Shown in pieces: positions 1-10,378 of a DNA stretch of 64,000 nt. The stretch spans positions 5,220-69,219 of the forward strand of contig SLPZ01000096.1 in assembly GCA_007131725.1 (NCBI GenBank). The letters are read 5' to 3'. The first letter of the stretch is position 1, and each line of letters opens with the position of its first letter. Source of the stretch: Balneolaceae bacterium (GTDB taxonomy: Bacteria; Bacteroidota; Rhodothermia; Balneolales; Balneolaceae). Under the pieces are notes generated by a model that was not told where the DNA came from, ran no database searches, and saw only the letters and a program-made list of their open reading frames with translations. A program made the position numbers and the translations under genes.

Positions 1-1636
1 CGTTTAAAAATACGGATACGGTGGAAGCGATGTCCGACACATAAGCTTTTTCAAAAATATCCCCGCCTTCGATATCCAGCCCCATAAAAATAAGCGGAGC
101 GTGTGTATCATATACCCAGCCGGTACCGTGGCCAGTTCCACCTACGGGTGATCCTCCGCGCGTATGTGGTTCCAGCCAAACAATAACATCACCCGAACGT
201 TTTTGGTGAAACGTGTGCATGGCACTGGCACGCATCCCTTCCCTGAACTCGTTTCGGTTTAATGCATCGGCAGTGATGGCACCGCCAACCGGATCAAGAG
301 TTAGCACAAACCGTTTAATATCGATTCGAACCTGCTCCAGGTCGAGGCCTGCTTCTTCAATAAAAGCATGATCGAGATAGAGGTTCTGATTGCTGTAGGT
401 CAGCAGAAAATCTTCACCCCACTTTTCTTTCATAAATTCACTTATATGTCCTGTTATATAATCGTTCGGACCTACTTCCAGCCCATCGTGCCCGGTGGGG
501 ATTCCTAAATCGCTCAGGTACTCAGGTATGTAGACCGCACCGTGATCAGAAGTGAGATAAATCAGTACATTTTCCATTCCAAGTATTTCGTCCAGATAGT
601 CAAAAAAGTCGGCAAAGTATCGGTCGAGCCTCAAATAGTAATCCTGAACTTGCTTGGATGCAGGCCCAAATCGATGACCGATGGCATCTGCTGCGCTTAA
701 CCCGATGTTCAAAATGTCAGGCACAGAGCGCTGGCCAAGTTGCTCAGCTTCAATAGCCGTTTTAGCCAGTTCAATCAGCAGCTTATCGCCAAAAGGTGTC
801 AGGTTCAGAATACTTGGAGTCAATTCAAACTCATTAACCAGAGCTGATAGGTCTCCCGGAAACACCGACTCTTCTAAATCACTAAAAGTGCCTTCGTAGG
901 GATTGCTGTCGGGCCTGCTTTGCACGTACTCTTCTATGGGGTGGAGCGGGTCCCAGGACCCGGACAAATATTCCTGCGGCAGATTTCTGTCGTTGAACTC
1001 CTCAATCCACCCCGGCAGCTGGTCCCTGAAATAAGTGGAGGTAATAAAATTGCCGGTTGCACTCTCGTACCAGTAGGCCTGCCCGGCATGGCCTGCGGGC
1101 AGAATGGCTCCGCGGTCTTTCCGGGAGATCCCAATGGACTTTGATCTCTCACCGGTATGCAAAAAAAGCTCATCGCCCACTGTTGTGGTGAGCATGTTGC
1201 CCGGCCACTTTCTGCCATCATAATCTTCTTCAGATCCAACCCCGGTAAAATCATGATCCACAGCTTCAATCACATTGATGGTGCGATCCAGTTCGCGTAC
1301 ATACCAGCTATTGCCAATCAATCCGTGAACGCTGGGTGATGCGCCGGTCATCGATGTACCGTAACCCGGACCCGTAGAGGTTTGCAGGTGTTTGAAATAA
1401 GCATTTCGAAAAACCGCACCCTCTGTTGCCAGCCGTTTGATGCCTCCCTCACCATACAGATCCCAATATCGGTATATATAATCGGGCCGCATTTGGTCGA
1501 CGATGAGGCCGATGACGAGTTTGGGTTGTTTATGCAGAATGAATTCTTTACTTAACAAAGGATCTGCTGAAGCAGGGATATGTATCACTGATATTAAAAG
1601 CAGGCAAATAGCAGTTGTAATCTTATTTAAAAACAT
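1..1636 (-). CDS. pafA: PafA-type alkaline phosphatase family protein, secreted; 3' end truncated by window edge (not in ORF track)
   Basis: Manual translation from ATG at 1636: MFLNKITTAICLLLISVIHIPASA signal, then PKLVIGLIVDQMRPDYIYRYW...GGIKRL...TSTGPG...HGLIGNSWY; later TSDHG, GTGHG and DIASTVS. The segment at position 1 is in the same frame (about 545 codons). Confidence 0.85.
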   Translation of the reverse strand, partial: MFLNKITTAICLLLISVIHIPASADPLLSKEFILHKQPKLVIGLIVDQMRPDYIYRYWDLYGEGGIKRLATEGAVFRNAYFKHLQTSTGPGYGTSMTGASPSVHGLIGNSWYVRELDRTINVIEAVDHDFTGVGSEEDYDGRKWPGNMLTTTVGDELFLHTGERSKSIGISRKDRGAILPAGHAGQAYWYESATGNFITSTYFRDQLPGWIEEFNDRNLPQEYLSGSWDPLHPIEEYVQSRPDSNPYEGTFSDLEESVFPGDLSALVNEFELTPSILNLTPFGDKLLIELAKTAIEAEQLGQRSVPDILNIGLSAADAIGHRFGPASKQVQDYYLRLDRYFADFFDYLDEILGMENVLIYLTSDHGAVYIPEYLSDLGIPTGHDGLEVGPNDYITGHISEFMKEKWGEDFLLTYSNQNLYLDHAFIEEAGLDLEQVRIDIKRFVLTLDPVGGAITADALNRNEFREGMRASAMHTFHQKRSGDVIVWLEPHTRGGSPVGGTGHGTGWVYDTHAPLIFMGLDIEGGDIFEKAYVSDIASTVSVFLN

Positions 1637-1683
1637 AGAAAAAGTATTCTTTTATGGTTTATATGGCATATTCAAAAAAAAGA

Positions 1684-3204
1684 TTAATACCTGTTAGTAA
1701 TTGCTTTTCTTATATAATATGTTGAGTCAACACGGTATCGAACTAATTCTGATTCGTATTTGAATTCATCCTCGTATTCTATTGACACAGTTGAAATTAA
1801 CTCTTCAAACTCAATTTCATCTAATGATGGCCCATTGATCAATATTTCTTTCATTATACGACCATCCATTTGTTTTAGCGGTTCAATATCCATTAAGTGT
1901 AGAATTGTTGGTGTAAAATCGACATTACCGGTAGGTACTGAACTCACAATACCTTCTTTGATATCCGGTCCATGTGCCACAAAAGCTATGTTCATGTCAA
2001 AAGGACTGTCAGAACCATGGGTGGCAGTACCACTTCTTGTTGTAGTACCTTTCCACCCAAATTCATTTGCCTCACTGTTCCATGCAGGTGATGCAATTAT
2101 TTCAGGACTTCGATCATGAGTCCACATTATTAAATCTGTAGATAAGGTTCCCGGAACAACTCCTTCATCTCCTTCGGAATTGGAAGGACGAGTATAAACT
2201 GCTCCTACTTCTTCACTTCGATGTAATGCTTCAACCATCCTTTTTATTTCATCCAGATCAGAATCAGGCATATAAACCATGTTTCTCACAAACTCAACCT
2301 GACCTTCTAATCCAGCTTCTCGTACATAATCTGCAATTCTGAAATTCCCAATGCTTTGTGTAAACCCATGATCGCTTGTAATGAAGATGTTTACCTGATC
2401 AGAAAGCCCATGTTCTTCATGTTTTTGAATAATTCTACCAATATGTTTATCTACATTAGAAACAGCATCAAGTGTCTCTGGTGCACCTACTCCAAATGCA
2501 TGCCCGGCTGCATCGGTTTCACCAAGCCATAACAAGACTACATCGGCAGGAGAATCCCCTAATGAATCATAAAGGTAAAGATCAACTTCCCAGGCAGTTC
2601 TTTCTGAAGTTCTGCCACCAGCTGGTGCTTCACCTACAGCTTCGAGTATAGCTTGAACTGTGGTATCAGGTTGAGAAAAGTTACCGGCCATTTTCCATCC
2701 TTTGCCAAGATTTTTGTGGTTCATCAGCCAGGAACCATGACCAAGTGCCAAAATTTTCTTTCCATGATCATCCAAAATTTCACCAAGAGTAGTCGTAGTT
2801 ATAATTGGTGTACCTGAGACTTCAGCATACATGTGCATATTATCAAAGTTTCCGGTGTGTACAGGTTCATCAAGTTCCGGATGCAACATACTATTATTAA
2901 TTATGCCATGTTTATGCGGGTAAACACCTGTGGGTATGGCTGTACGATTAGGACGTGTAAAAGACGGAAATACTGCATATGAATTTTTGCCAATAACTCC
3001 ATTTTGAGCCATAGCATATACGTTTGGCATAATTTCGGGAGTTACATAATCCGGGCGAAGTCCATCTACAACTATTACAAGATGTCTCGCTTCTGAGACA
3101 GAGATATTTTTTTCTGTTGAATCTGGGATACTACCTGTTGATGTTAAAAGTAAAAGAAAAAATGTCAATGAAAATGCTAAATTTTTACTTATATATTTTT
3201 TCAT
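1684..3204 (-). CDS. Alkaline phosphatase superfamily, nucleotide pyrophosphatase/phosphodiesterase (NPP)-type, secreted
   Basis: Signal peptide; VVDGLRPD, FPSFTRPN (Thr nucleophile), ETDAAGH, TSDHG and THGS metal-ligand motifs. Confidence 0.85.
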   Translation of the reverse strand: MKKYISKNLAFSLTFFLLLLTSTGSIPDSTEKNISVSEARHLVIVVDGLRPDYVTPEIMPNVYAMAQNGVIGKNSYAVFPSFTRPNRTAIPTGVYPHKHGIINNSMLHPELDEPVHTGNFDNMHMYAEVSGTPIITTTTLGEILDDHGKKILALGHGSWLMNHKNLGKGWKMAGNFSQPDTTVQAILEAVGEAPAGGRTSERTAWEVDLYLYDSLGDSPADVVLLWLGETDAAGHAFGVGAPETLDAVSNVDKHIGRIIQKHEEHGLSDQVNIFITSDHGFTQSIGNFRIADYVREAGLEGQVEFVRNMVYMPDSDLDEIKRMVEALHRSEEVGAVYTRPSNSEGDEGVVPGTLSTDLIMWTHDRSPEIIASPAWNSEANEFGWKGTTTRSGTATHGSDSPFDMNIAFVAHGPDIKEGIVSSVPTGNVDFTPTILHLMDIEPLKQMDGRIMKEILINGPSLDEIEFEELISTVSIEYEDEFKYESELVRYRVDSTYYIRKAITNRY

Positions 3205-3219
3205 TTTTTAAATAGAGAT

Positions 3220-4047
3220 TTAATAAGAGTTATAAATTTTATCCAATGAATTTTTTAATTGCTCAACATCATCAATTAATACCCAATCAGGAAAAAAAGA
3301 CATGATTTTCTCTGTTTCATCCAGGCAGCCAGTTGTACCATTTATCATTAATTTTTTTCCTGTATTCCGAACTCTTTCTGCTAATCTTGGGTCCTCATCA
3401 AGCCATCTTAACCACAGTCTTAGGATTTCTACATCGGCTCTTGCGTACTCTTCTATGAGATCAGGACTACGCATAAATGCAAGCTGTGATGAGTTTGGAA
3501 GGAGTTCTTTAAACTCTAAAGCCTGTTCTGGAGTGCGAACTCCAATAATCATATTTTCCTCAATACCATACATTTTAACATCTCTTGATACTCTCTCAGC
3601 AAATTCGTGTCCTTGTTCTTTTAGGTCAAGTAGTAGAATAACATCTTCTTCAGTTGCCCATTGAAGAACTTCTTTAAACGATGGAATACGTTCTCCAGTC
3701 CATCTTTCTCCGAACCAACTTCCGGCATCCAAATTTTGTAGTTCGTCAATAGTATAATCCGTTGCATAACCTGTTCCATTAGTGGTTCTATCAAGCGTTG
3801 GGTCGTGAAGAATAAAGAGATATCCATCTGAACTGGTCCAAAGATCTATTTCAACAATATCTGCACCCTGCGTAATTGCATGTCTGAATGCAATCAGTGT
3901 ATTTTCAGGTTTTTCTGTCATGGCACCGCGGTGAGCAACAATGATTACCTGATCTGAATCTTCAAATCCTACAAACGCATTTATCAAAAAGCCAGAAAAT
4001 ACGAGGATAATAGATACAGACAATTTAATTTTTTTTTGAAAGTTCAT
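3220..4047 (-). CDS. Glycerophosphodiester phosphodiesterase (GDPD/UgpQ-GlpQ family) with N-terminal signal or anchor
   Basis: AHRGA, PENT, VEID and HDPTLDRTTNG motifs. Confidence 0.9.
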   Translation of the reverse strand: MNFQKKIKLSVSIILVFSGFLINAFVGFEDSDQVIIVAHRGAMTEKPENTLIAFRHAITQGADIVEIDLWTSSDGYLFILHDPTLDRTTNGTGYATDYTIDELQNLDAGSWFGERWTGERIPSFKEVLQWATEEDVILLLDLKEQGHEFAERVSRDVKMYGIEENMIIGVRTPEQALEFKELLPNSSQLAFMRSPDLIEEYARADVEILRLWLRWLDEDPRLAERVRNTGKKLMINGTTGCLDETEKIMSFFPDWVLIDDVEQLKNSLDKIYNSY

Positions 4048-4101
4048 TTATAATTAGATTTATATTGTAAATAAATTTTATTGTTTATTTTTATTTTATA
4101 A

Positions 4102-5424
4102 TTAAACTGATTGAATTTGCTCGCCTTTTACATCATTATTAACATTTATGAAGAAGTTGTTCGATTGCCTGACATCTCCACCCCTGTTATTATTTACGTA
4201 TTCTATTCCGGTTTCAAAACCATCAAGCATACAACCACTAATCTGAATGTGCCTGCTTTGGGTATTTTCAGTACCCCGTTGATCTCGAATCAAAACACAA
4301 GTACCAAATTCTGCCTCTGCATTTAATCTGGTGATATTTACTTTTGTACAGGTATCAAGTTCAACAGCCTCAAGGCAATTAAACCCATTAGGTGCTTTAA
4401 GTTGAATATCATTCAATGAAAGCTGATCAGACCCATAAATGGAAATTGCCCTGTAACCATCCAGTTTATTTGATTTTACAGCAGGCTGATGAATTAACCC
4501 CTTTATTGAGATCCGTTCTTGACGTATTGTACTTGGTTCAAACCAAATGGCCCGTCCCGGATTATATGATGTAACATTCGTCATTTGAATATTACTGTAA
4601 CTAAGGCCGTCATCCATGTATATTCCATTTTCTGCACCCCCAAGAATCAAATCACTAAATAACATCCCTTCGGATACTTCACCGTGAAAATGTATGCTCG
4701 TGTCATGTCGTGGACGGCTCCCTTCAGTTCCTGCTGTAGCCGTAATAATTGAATTTCTTAGAATTAAATTTTTTGTTTGTGTACCATCCAGATTAGGCGA
4801 TACGGCTTGATTTCCATCCCAAATAGTTTGTGCATTACCGAGAGAATCAATTTGAAAAGTGCTCGTACCACTATGGCCTATCAAAAACAGATTTTCACAG
4901 ATTATGTTGAGCCCGGCTGTATCGATAAAATGATGATAAGCTTCAATTCCATAAATATGTGAGATGTATACATTTTTGGAATGTGTAACAACAATTCCAT
5001 TTGTTTTAGGACTGTCTATCGCCAAATCGGTGATACTCCAGTCACCCGCTCCTTCATAAACATTGGCTTGCTGCCCTTTATTACTGATTAATGCAGCACC
5101 CCTAAAATCAGCAGTTCTCTCTCCAATTAACACTGTAGATCTTCCACTTCCCCTTAAATGTATTTTACTTCCAATAAGTGGCGTTTTCTCAAGAATAAAT
5201 TGACCAGGAGGAATAAAAACAATACCACCACCTTGTGATTCAGCAGCATCAATAGCTTTTTGAAAAGCATCGGCTGATGGTGTTACTCCATCACCAATCG
5301 CACCATAAGTGCAAACATTATAAAAACTCTTTTCTGTGTTTCCACTTTGAAATTTTTTACTGATAAAGGGACTTAGAATTGAACCACCTGCAATAACTGA
5401 AATAAACTTTTTTCTACTTGTCAT
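4102..5424 (-). CDS. Pectin-lyase-like beta-helix protein (Pectate_lyase_3-type N-terminus), probable glycanase
   Basis: YNVCTYGAIGDGVT...AFQKAIDAA...GGGIVFIPPG start followed by beta-helix-like repeats. ATG at 5424 preferred over the track's TTG at 5436. Confidence 0.75.
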   Translation of the reverse strand: MTSRKKFISVIAGGSILSPFISKKFQSGNTEKSFYNVCTYGAIGDGVTPSADAFQKAIDAAESQGGGIVFIPPGQFILEKTPLIGSKIHLRGSGRSTVLIGERTADFRGAALISNKGQQANVYEGAGDWSITDLAIDSPKTNGIVVTHSKNVYISHIYGIEAYHHFIDTAGLNIICENLFLIGHSGTSTFQIDSLGNAQTIWDGNQAVSPNLDGTQTKNLILRNSIITATAGTEGSRPRHDTSIHFHGEVSEGMLFSDLILGGAENGIYMDDGLSYSNIQMTNVTSYNPGRAIWFEPSTIRQERISIKGLIHQPAVKSNKLDGYRAISIYGSDQLSLNDIQLKAPNGFNCLEAVELDTCTKVNITRLNAEAEFGTCVLIRDQRGTENTQSRHIQISGCMLDGFETGIEYVNNNRGGDVRQSNNFFINVNNDVKGEQIQSV

Positions 5425-5472
5425 GAAAGTATTCAACCCAATTTATTTTTGAAGTAAAATATTATTAAATGA

Positions 5473-5503
5473 TCTCAAGCCCTTTTATAACAAGAGCTTG
5501 AGA
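5473..5503 (-). terminator. Stem-loop after susD (intra-operon terminator or mRNA stabiliser)
   Basis: TCTCAAGC...GCTTGAGA inverted repeat about 20 nt downstream of the susD stop. Confidence 0.5.
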
Positions 5504-5521
5504 AATTTTAATTATTATTGA

Positions 5522-7225
5522 TCAGTAACCGGGGTTTTGCGGAAAATCGTTTGTGGTTCTGTCAATCTGCTGTTGAGGAATTGGACGAAGCATATGATGT
5601 TCTTGAACATGAGGTGCTGCATCTGGATTATGAGATCGAATTCTATCCAGAAAAATCTCTGACCCCATACGTTTTAAATCGTACCATCTTAGCCATTCAC
5701 CAACTAATTCACGAGCTCTTTCATCCAAAATTGCATCTATGTCAAGATTGTCAGGAGTAATCAGTGCAATACTCTCACCCGGTACTTCTGCACGTTTTCT
5801 AACCGCGTTGAAATAGTCTGCAGCTTCATCAGTTCTTCCAAGGTGCATAAGAGCTTCAGATGCAATAAGATAAGTTTCTGCCAGGCGGAACATATTTACT
5901 GTCCGTCCCCACCAATCAGGATTCCCCCCACCAACTTCATTTCTTACTGGAAGTCCATCATGTGGAATAGGAGATCCTCCTGGATCACAATGCCTAAACT
6001 TATATGCAAGACTTACCCATAAACGATCTGTATAATCTTCAATTCTGAAAATTCTAATGCCTCCTCCTCTTTCTTGTTCTATTTGATTGATTTCTTCTCT
6101 TGACATTTCCTGCCATTCGGGAGTAGTAGTAAAGTATAGCGCTGTATCCCCAACAGCGGCTCCATCAGGTAAACCTCCTTCGTCATTAAAATACCAAACA
6201 TCTTTAAATAATTGCCATCTTTCATCATTCCACTGATTAACTGGATGTTCACGTGTGTTACCAAATACTTCAGTGATAAAGAATTCAGTAGGTTTATGCC
6301 TGGATACTTGTGTTCCAATTGCAAAATCAGCAGTAACTCCAGCTTCGCCACGAGTTCTGGATGAATATTCTCTTGATTTATGTATAGTATCGCCTTGACG
6401 TGTATCTTGATTTTTAGTCATTGCCCAAATTGTCTCGTCTGAAACATTCCCTCTACGATATGTGCATGGATCCCACAAGCCTAATACACTTTCCTCCAAA
6501 CTATATTTCCCAGATTGTATTAACTCTGTGGACCAACGAGCTGCCTCATCCCAATTTTGCTGAATTAAATGAACACGCGCTAATAAATGTTTGGCCGCTC
6601 CTGATGTAGCTCTGCCAATTTCATTCTGTTCAGCCGGTAAATTTGCAACTGCAAACTCAAGGTCACTTATAACATGTGGCCATACTTGTTCTTCTGTAGC
6701 GTAATTTACTTCAGTTTCAACACCTGTGGTTTCTTCAAGAGTTAAATGAATATTACCCCATGTTTGAACAAGAATATGATAATTATGTGCACGAATAAAT
6801 TTTGCTTCAGCAGTCCAAATATTTTTTGTGCTTTCAGATAATCCTGGCACATCTTCTGCCCGTTCAATAACGGAATTAGCAAGATTTATACCTCTATAAA
6901 AATGCAGCCAAACTGGGAAAGGACCTCTAGCTGACATGGATTGTACAGAAGGGTGAATCCCATCATAAGTTGCCCAATAAGGCCTGGCACCGGTACCATA
7001 TGTAAAAAGGTCAGTACCCTTAGAAGTCATGATGAATCCCGGCCTTACTTCAGCATAATATTGTCGCAGGGGCTCATACATAGCCACAGTCAAATCGTAA
7101 AGCCCTGCCTCTGTTGAATAAAATTCATCGGCTGTAATGCCAGACCTCATTGATTCGCTTAGATCACAGCTTTGGATAAATACTCCTAAAATAATTAAGC
7201 CAATTAATATCTTTAATTTATTCAT
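5522..7225 (-). CDS. susD: SusD/RagB family nutrient-uptake lipoprotein
   Basis: Lipobox IQSC; AEAKFIRA, FRLAETYL..SEA, ERARELVGEWLRWYDLKR; C-terminal QNPGY. Confidence 0.95.
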   Translation of the reverse strand: MNKLKILIGLIILGVFIQSCDLSESMRSGITADEFYSTEAGLYDLTVAMYEPLRQYYAEVRPGFIMTSKGTDLFTYGTGARPYWATYDGIHPSVQSMSARGPFPVWLHFYRGINLANSVIERAEDVPGLSESTKNIWTAEAKFIRAHNYHILVQTWGNIHLTLEETTGVETEVNYATEEQVWPHVISDLEFAVANLPAEQNEIGRATSGAAKHLLARVHLIQQNWDEAARWSTELIQSGKYSLEESVLGLWDPCTYRRGNVSDETIWAMTKNQDTRQGDTIHKSREYSSRTRGEAGVTADFAIGTQVSRHKPTEFFITEVFGNTREHPVNQWNDERWQLFKDVWYFNDEGGLPDGAAVGDTALYFTTTPEWQEMSREEINQIEQERGGGIRIFRIEDYTDRLWVSLAYKFRHCDPGGSPIPHDGLPVRNEVGGGNPDWWGRTVNMFRLAETYLIASEALMHLGRTDEAADYFNAVRKRAEVPGESIALITPDNLDIDAILDERARELVGEWLRWYDLKRMGSEIFLDRIRSHNPDAAPHVQEHHMLRPIPQQQIDRTTNDFPQNPGY

Positions 7226-7279
7226 TATTCAATTTGTTTTTATGTTATTAATTTTTTATTAGTTATTTGTCAGTGCAAC

Positions 7280-10200
7280 TTAGAGTGAGAGTTGCAAGCC
7301 ACCAAAGACAGTTGTGTAATTTGGATGGTCAAAACTTCTTGCCCCCTCTGGGTCATAACCTGGGAAATTTGTAATTGTTAATGGGTTTTCTACCATCATA
7401 TATATTCTGGCTTCCCTAAGTCCAATTCTTGATAAAAATCTATCTGGCAAAGAATAACCCATCTGAATATTTCTTACACGCAAGAATGAACTATCATGAT
7501 ATGCTTGAATATTAGTTCGTGTTTGCGAATCAAAACGAGGTCGTTCATATTGATTCGAAGGATTATCAGGCATCCAGTAGTCCACATTGATCTGATTAAA
7601 TTGAGCTGCAACAAACTGGAGTGAAAGTGGGTCGTTCCAAGAATTGGAATACATTCGTGTATGATGCATGGACCCTAATGAGGCATAAACAAAAATCGAA
7701 AAATCAAGATTTCTGAATGAAACTCTATTCGTTAACCCTCCAATCCAATTTGGAAATGGGTCGCCTCTGATTATTCGATCTTCATCATCAATAACACCAT
7801 CATTATTTTGATCAACAAATCTAACATCTCCAGGTAATGCACCATACCTGGCTGCTTCTTCGGCTTCATCCATTTGCCAAATTCCATCCCAATCCCAATA
7901 CCAAATTACACTAATTGGCTCACCAATAAACCAACCACTACCAGGATCGTCTTCAAACCCTCCATACAAACTGACAATTTCATTACGGTTATATGATATA
8001 TTAAAATCAGTTTGCCACATAAAATTTTGTGTGTGCACATTAACTGAGCTTAAACTGAAATCAAATCCTCGATTTTGAGTTTCTCCAACATTTTCAAGAG
8101 TACTTGTATATCCTGATGTGAATGGAAGTTGACGTTGCATTAGTAAATCAAATGTATCTGTTTGATATACTTCTAAAGTTCCTTCAATTCGATCATTCAT
8201 TATACCCCAATCTAACCCCAAATTGTAAGTTCGGCTACGTTCCCAGGATAGATCTGGATTTGGTATATCACCATGCTCGAAATATGTTATTGCCTCATCA
8301 CTGAATGCATATCCATTCGTATTTAAACTTAATTGACCTTGAGTTTGGAATGGAGAAATAGCTGTATTACCAACTTCACCTATACTAAATCTTAGTCTCA
8401 GGTTGCTGAAAAAATCTTGCTGCTGCATAAAGGACTCGTTAGTAATATTCCAGGCAATGGCACCGGAGGGAAAAAAACCATATTCATTGCCTTCTGCCAG
8501 TCTTGAAGAACCGTCTACTCTACCTGTTAGTGTAAAGATGTATCTGTTATCATAAACATAATTTGTGCGCAACATATAAGAAGCTAATTTCCATTCACTT
8601 AAGCTGGATGAATACAAATCAATTCTTTCAGCACTTCCAACATTATGGTATAATTGGTGTTCATAGGGTAATCCTGACACATCAATTCTTGATGATCGTG
8701 CATCGAATGTTTGATAGCTTGCCATAGCTGTCACATCGAACCTGTGCAGCCCTGATAATGTCTCTGTATATCTAAGCTGGTTTTCATACAACAGATTTGT
8801 GCTTCTTCTTTCATTTACTCTTGCTGTTGAAAATGGCTCATCTCTTTGATACTGACCATCATTTCTGAAACGGAAATCTGGTGAGAACATCAACCTATAC
8901 TCTAATCGATTCGGAATTACTTCGATCTCCGAGTAAACAGAAGCAATTACACGGGTTCTTTCTCTTTGATCTAAGTTATTATCTCTTTGCATGTCGAATA
9001 TTGGATTTCGATCCCCTAAGTCGTCAAACATTCTAATATTTCCGTCTGCATCAAATGGATTCGTCATTGGAGAGTTTCTCAACACTGATGCAAAACTTAC
9101 TGATGCATGGCGCAAACTGTTACTTATATGTGTGTTCACTCCAAAACGAACTCTTTGAGAAATTGCATGATCTAAATTAATCCTACCGCTTATTCTACGA
9201 TAATCATTATTTTGAACTGGAGATAAATGTTCATCAAGAGTTCCTGATATGCTATATCTTGTAGATTGTGTACCCCCCCTCAAACTTAATTGATGCATCT
9301 GCTGAAATCCTCTACCAAAAATTAAATCCTGATAATCTGTTGAGCTTCCGTCTCGTAAAGAAGCTAATGCCCACGAATCAAAAATCTGTTCATCCGACGG
9401 GGGTGCTACTTCTTCAAAAGACCTTCCGTTTTCAATCACATCACGAGCTATGTAGGCATCCCTTGCAAATTGAGCATAGGATTCTGCATCCATCATATCC
9501 AATCGATTACTAACCCATTGCGGTCCTGCATGCCCTTGATATTCAACTTGAAACCCATCTAATCCTTGACGGGTACTTATCAAAATGACACCATTTGCGC
9601 CCCTGGAACCATAGATGGCTGTTGCTGATGCATCTTTAAGTATTTCTACAGATTCTACATCACTTGGATTAAGTTCCATCAGTCCGCCTTCTATTGGTAT
9701 GCCATCCATAACTACTAATGGCTCATTGCTCGCAGTTAGTGATCTTGTGCCTCGAATTCTAATCGAAGAAGTTTCTCCAGGTCTGAACCCACTTGCTGAT
9801 ATATTAAGTCCGGGGGCTCGTCCTTGAAGAACATTATCCATTGAGTATGATCCGATTTCTGTAATATCCCTTCTGTTGATCGATGAGACAGAACCAGTGA
9901 TATCACTCCGTTGCATTGCCCCATACCCAACAACCACCAACTCGTCACCGGCAATAACTGCCGATTCAAGCACTATTTCAATATTACTTCTGCCAGATAC
10001 CTCAACTTCTTTTTGATGATATCCTATATAAGTCACAAAAAGTGTGATATCTGTATCATCAACATTCAGTCTAAAGGCACCATCAGCATCTGTACTTGTT
10101 CCTGTTGATGTTCCCTGAATGATGATATTAACACCGGGAAGCGGCTCACCGGTTTGGGAGTCGGTAACACGTCCGGTTATGGTTTCACTTCGTTCATCAC

Positions 10201-10378
10201 TATTTGATGGAGTATTCTGAATCACCGAGGTGCTGAGGTAAGTCATTCGGTTTAATTCATTCGGTGTATTTGATTCCCTGCTTTGTGTTTGCTGGGCTGT
10301 TGCGTTTTCTACTGCCAATACTGTTACCAGAATCAGCAGACATGCGATTAGTTTGTCAATGTTCATTCTCATACACAT
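7280..10378 (-). CDS. susC: SusC/RagA family TonB-dependent transporter
   Basis: N-terminal GRVTD..TGEPLPGVNI domain; VVVGYG; LKDASATAIYGSRGANGVILI plug motif; NPDLSWE; directly upstream of susD. Start could be 10378, 10372 or 10366. Confidence 0.95.
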   Translation of the reverse strand: MCMRMNIDKLIACLLILVTVLAVENATAQQTQSRESNTPNELNRMTYLSTSVIQNTPSNSDERSETITGRVTDSQTGEPLPGVNIIIQGTSTGTSTDADGAFRLNVDDTDITLFVTYIGYHQKEVEVSGRSNIEIVLESAVIAGDELVVVGYGAMQRSDITGSVSSINRRDITEIGSYSMDNVLQGRAPGLNISASGFRPGETSSIRIRGTRSLTASNEPLVVMDGIPIEGGLMELNPSDVESVEILKDASATAIYGSRGANGVILISTRQGLDGFQVEYQGHAGPQWVSNRLDMMDAESYAQFARDAYIARDVIENGRSFEEVAPPSDEQIFDSWALASLRDGSSTDYQDLIFGRGFQQMHQLSLRGGTQSTRYSISGTLDEHLSPVQNNDYRRISGRINLDHAISQRVRFGVNTHISNSLRHASVSFASVLRNSPMTNPFDADGNIRMFDDLGDRNPIFDMQRDNNLDQRERTRVIASVYSEIEVIPNRLEYRLMFSPDFRFRNDGQYQRDEPFSTARVNERRSTNLLYENQLRYTETLSGLHRFDVTAMASYQTFDARSSRIDVSGLPYEHQLYHNVGSAERIDLYSSSLSEWKLASYMLRTNYVYDNRYIFTLTGRVDGSSRLAEGNEYGFFPSGAIAWNITNESFMQQQDFFSNLRLRFSIGEVGNTAISPFQTQGQLSLNTNGYAFSDEAITYFEHGDIPNPDLSWERSRTYNLGLDWGIMNDRIEGTLEVYQTDTFDLLMQRQLPFTSGYTSTLENVGETQNRGFDFSLSSVNVHTQNFMWQTDFNISYNRNEIVSLYGGFEDDPGSGWFIGEPISVIWYWDWDGIWQMDEAEEAARYGALPGDVRFVDQNNDGVIDDEDRIIRGDPFPNWIGGLTNRVSFRNLDFSIFVYASLGSMHHTRMYSNSWNDPLSLQFVAAQFNQINVDYWMPDNPSNQYERPRFDSQTRTNIQAYHDSSFLRVRNIQMGYSLPDRFLSRIGLREARIYMMVENPLTITNFPGYDPEGARSFDHPNYTTVFGGLQLSL

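Noticed and set aside
681-1697. Short ORFs listed in the track over the first 1.7 kb
   Set aside because: They overlap the PafA-like frame on the minus strand, which the track missed because it runs off the window.
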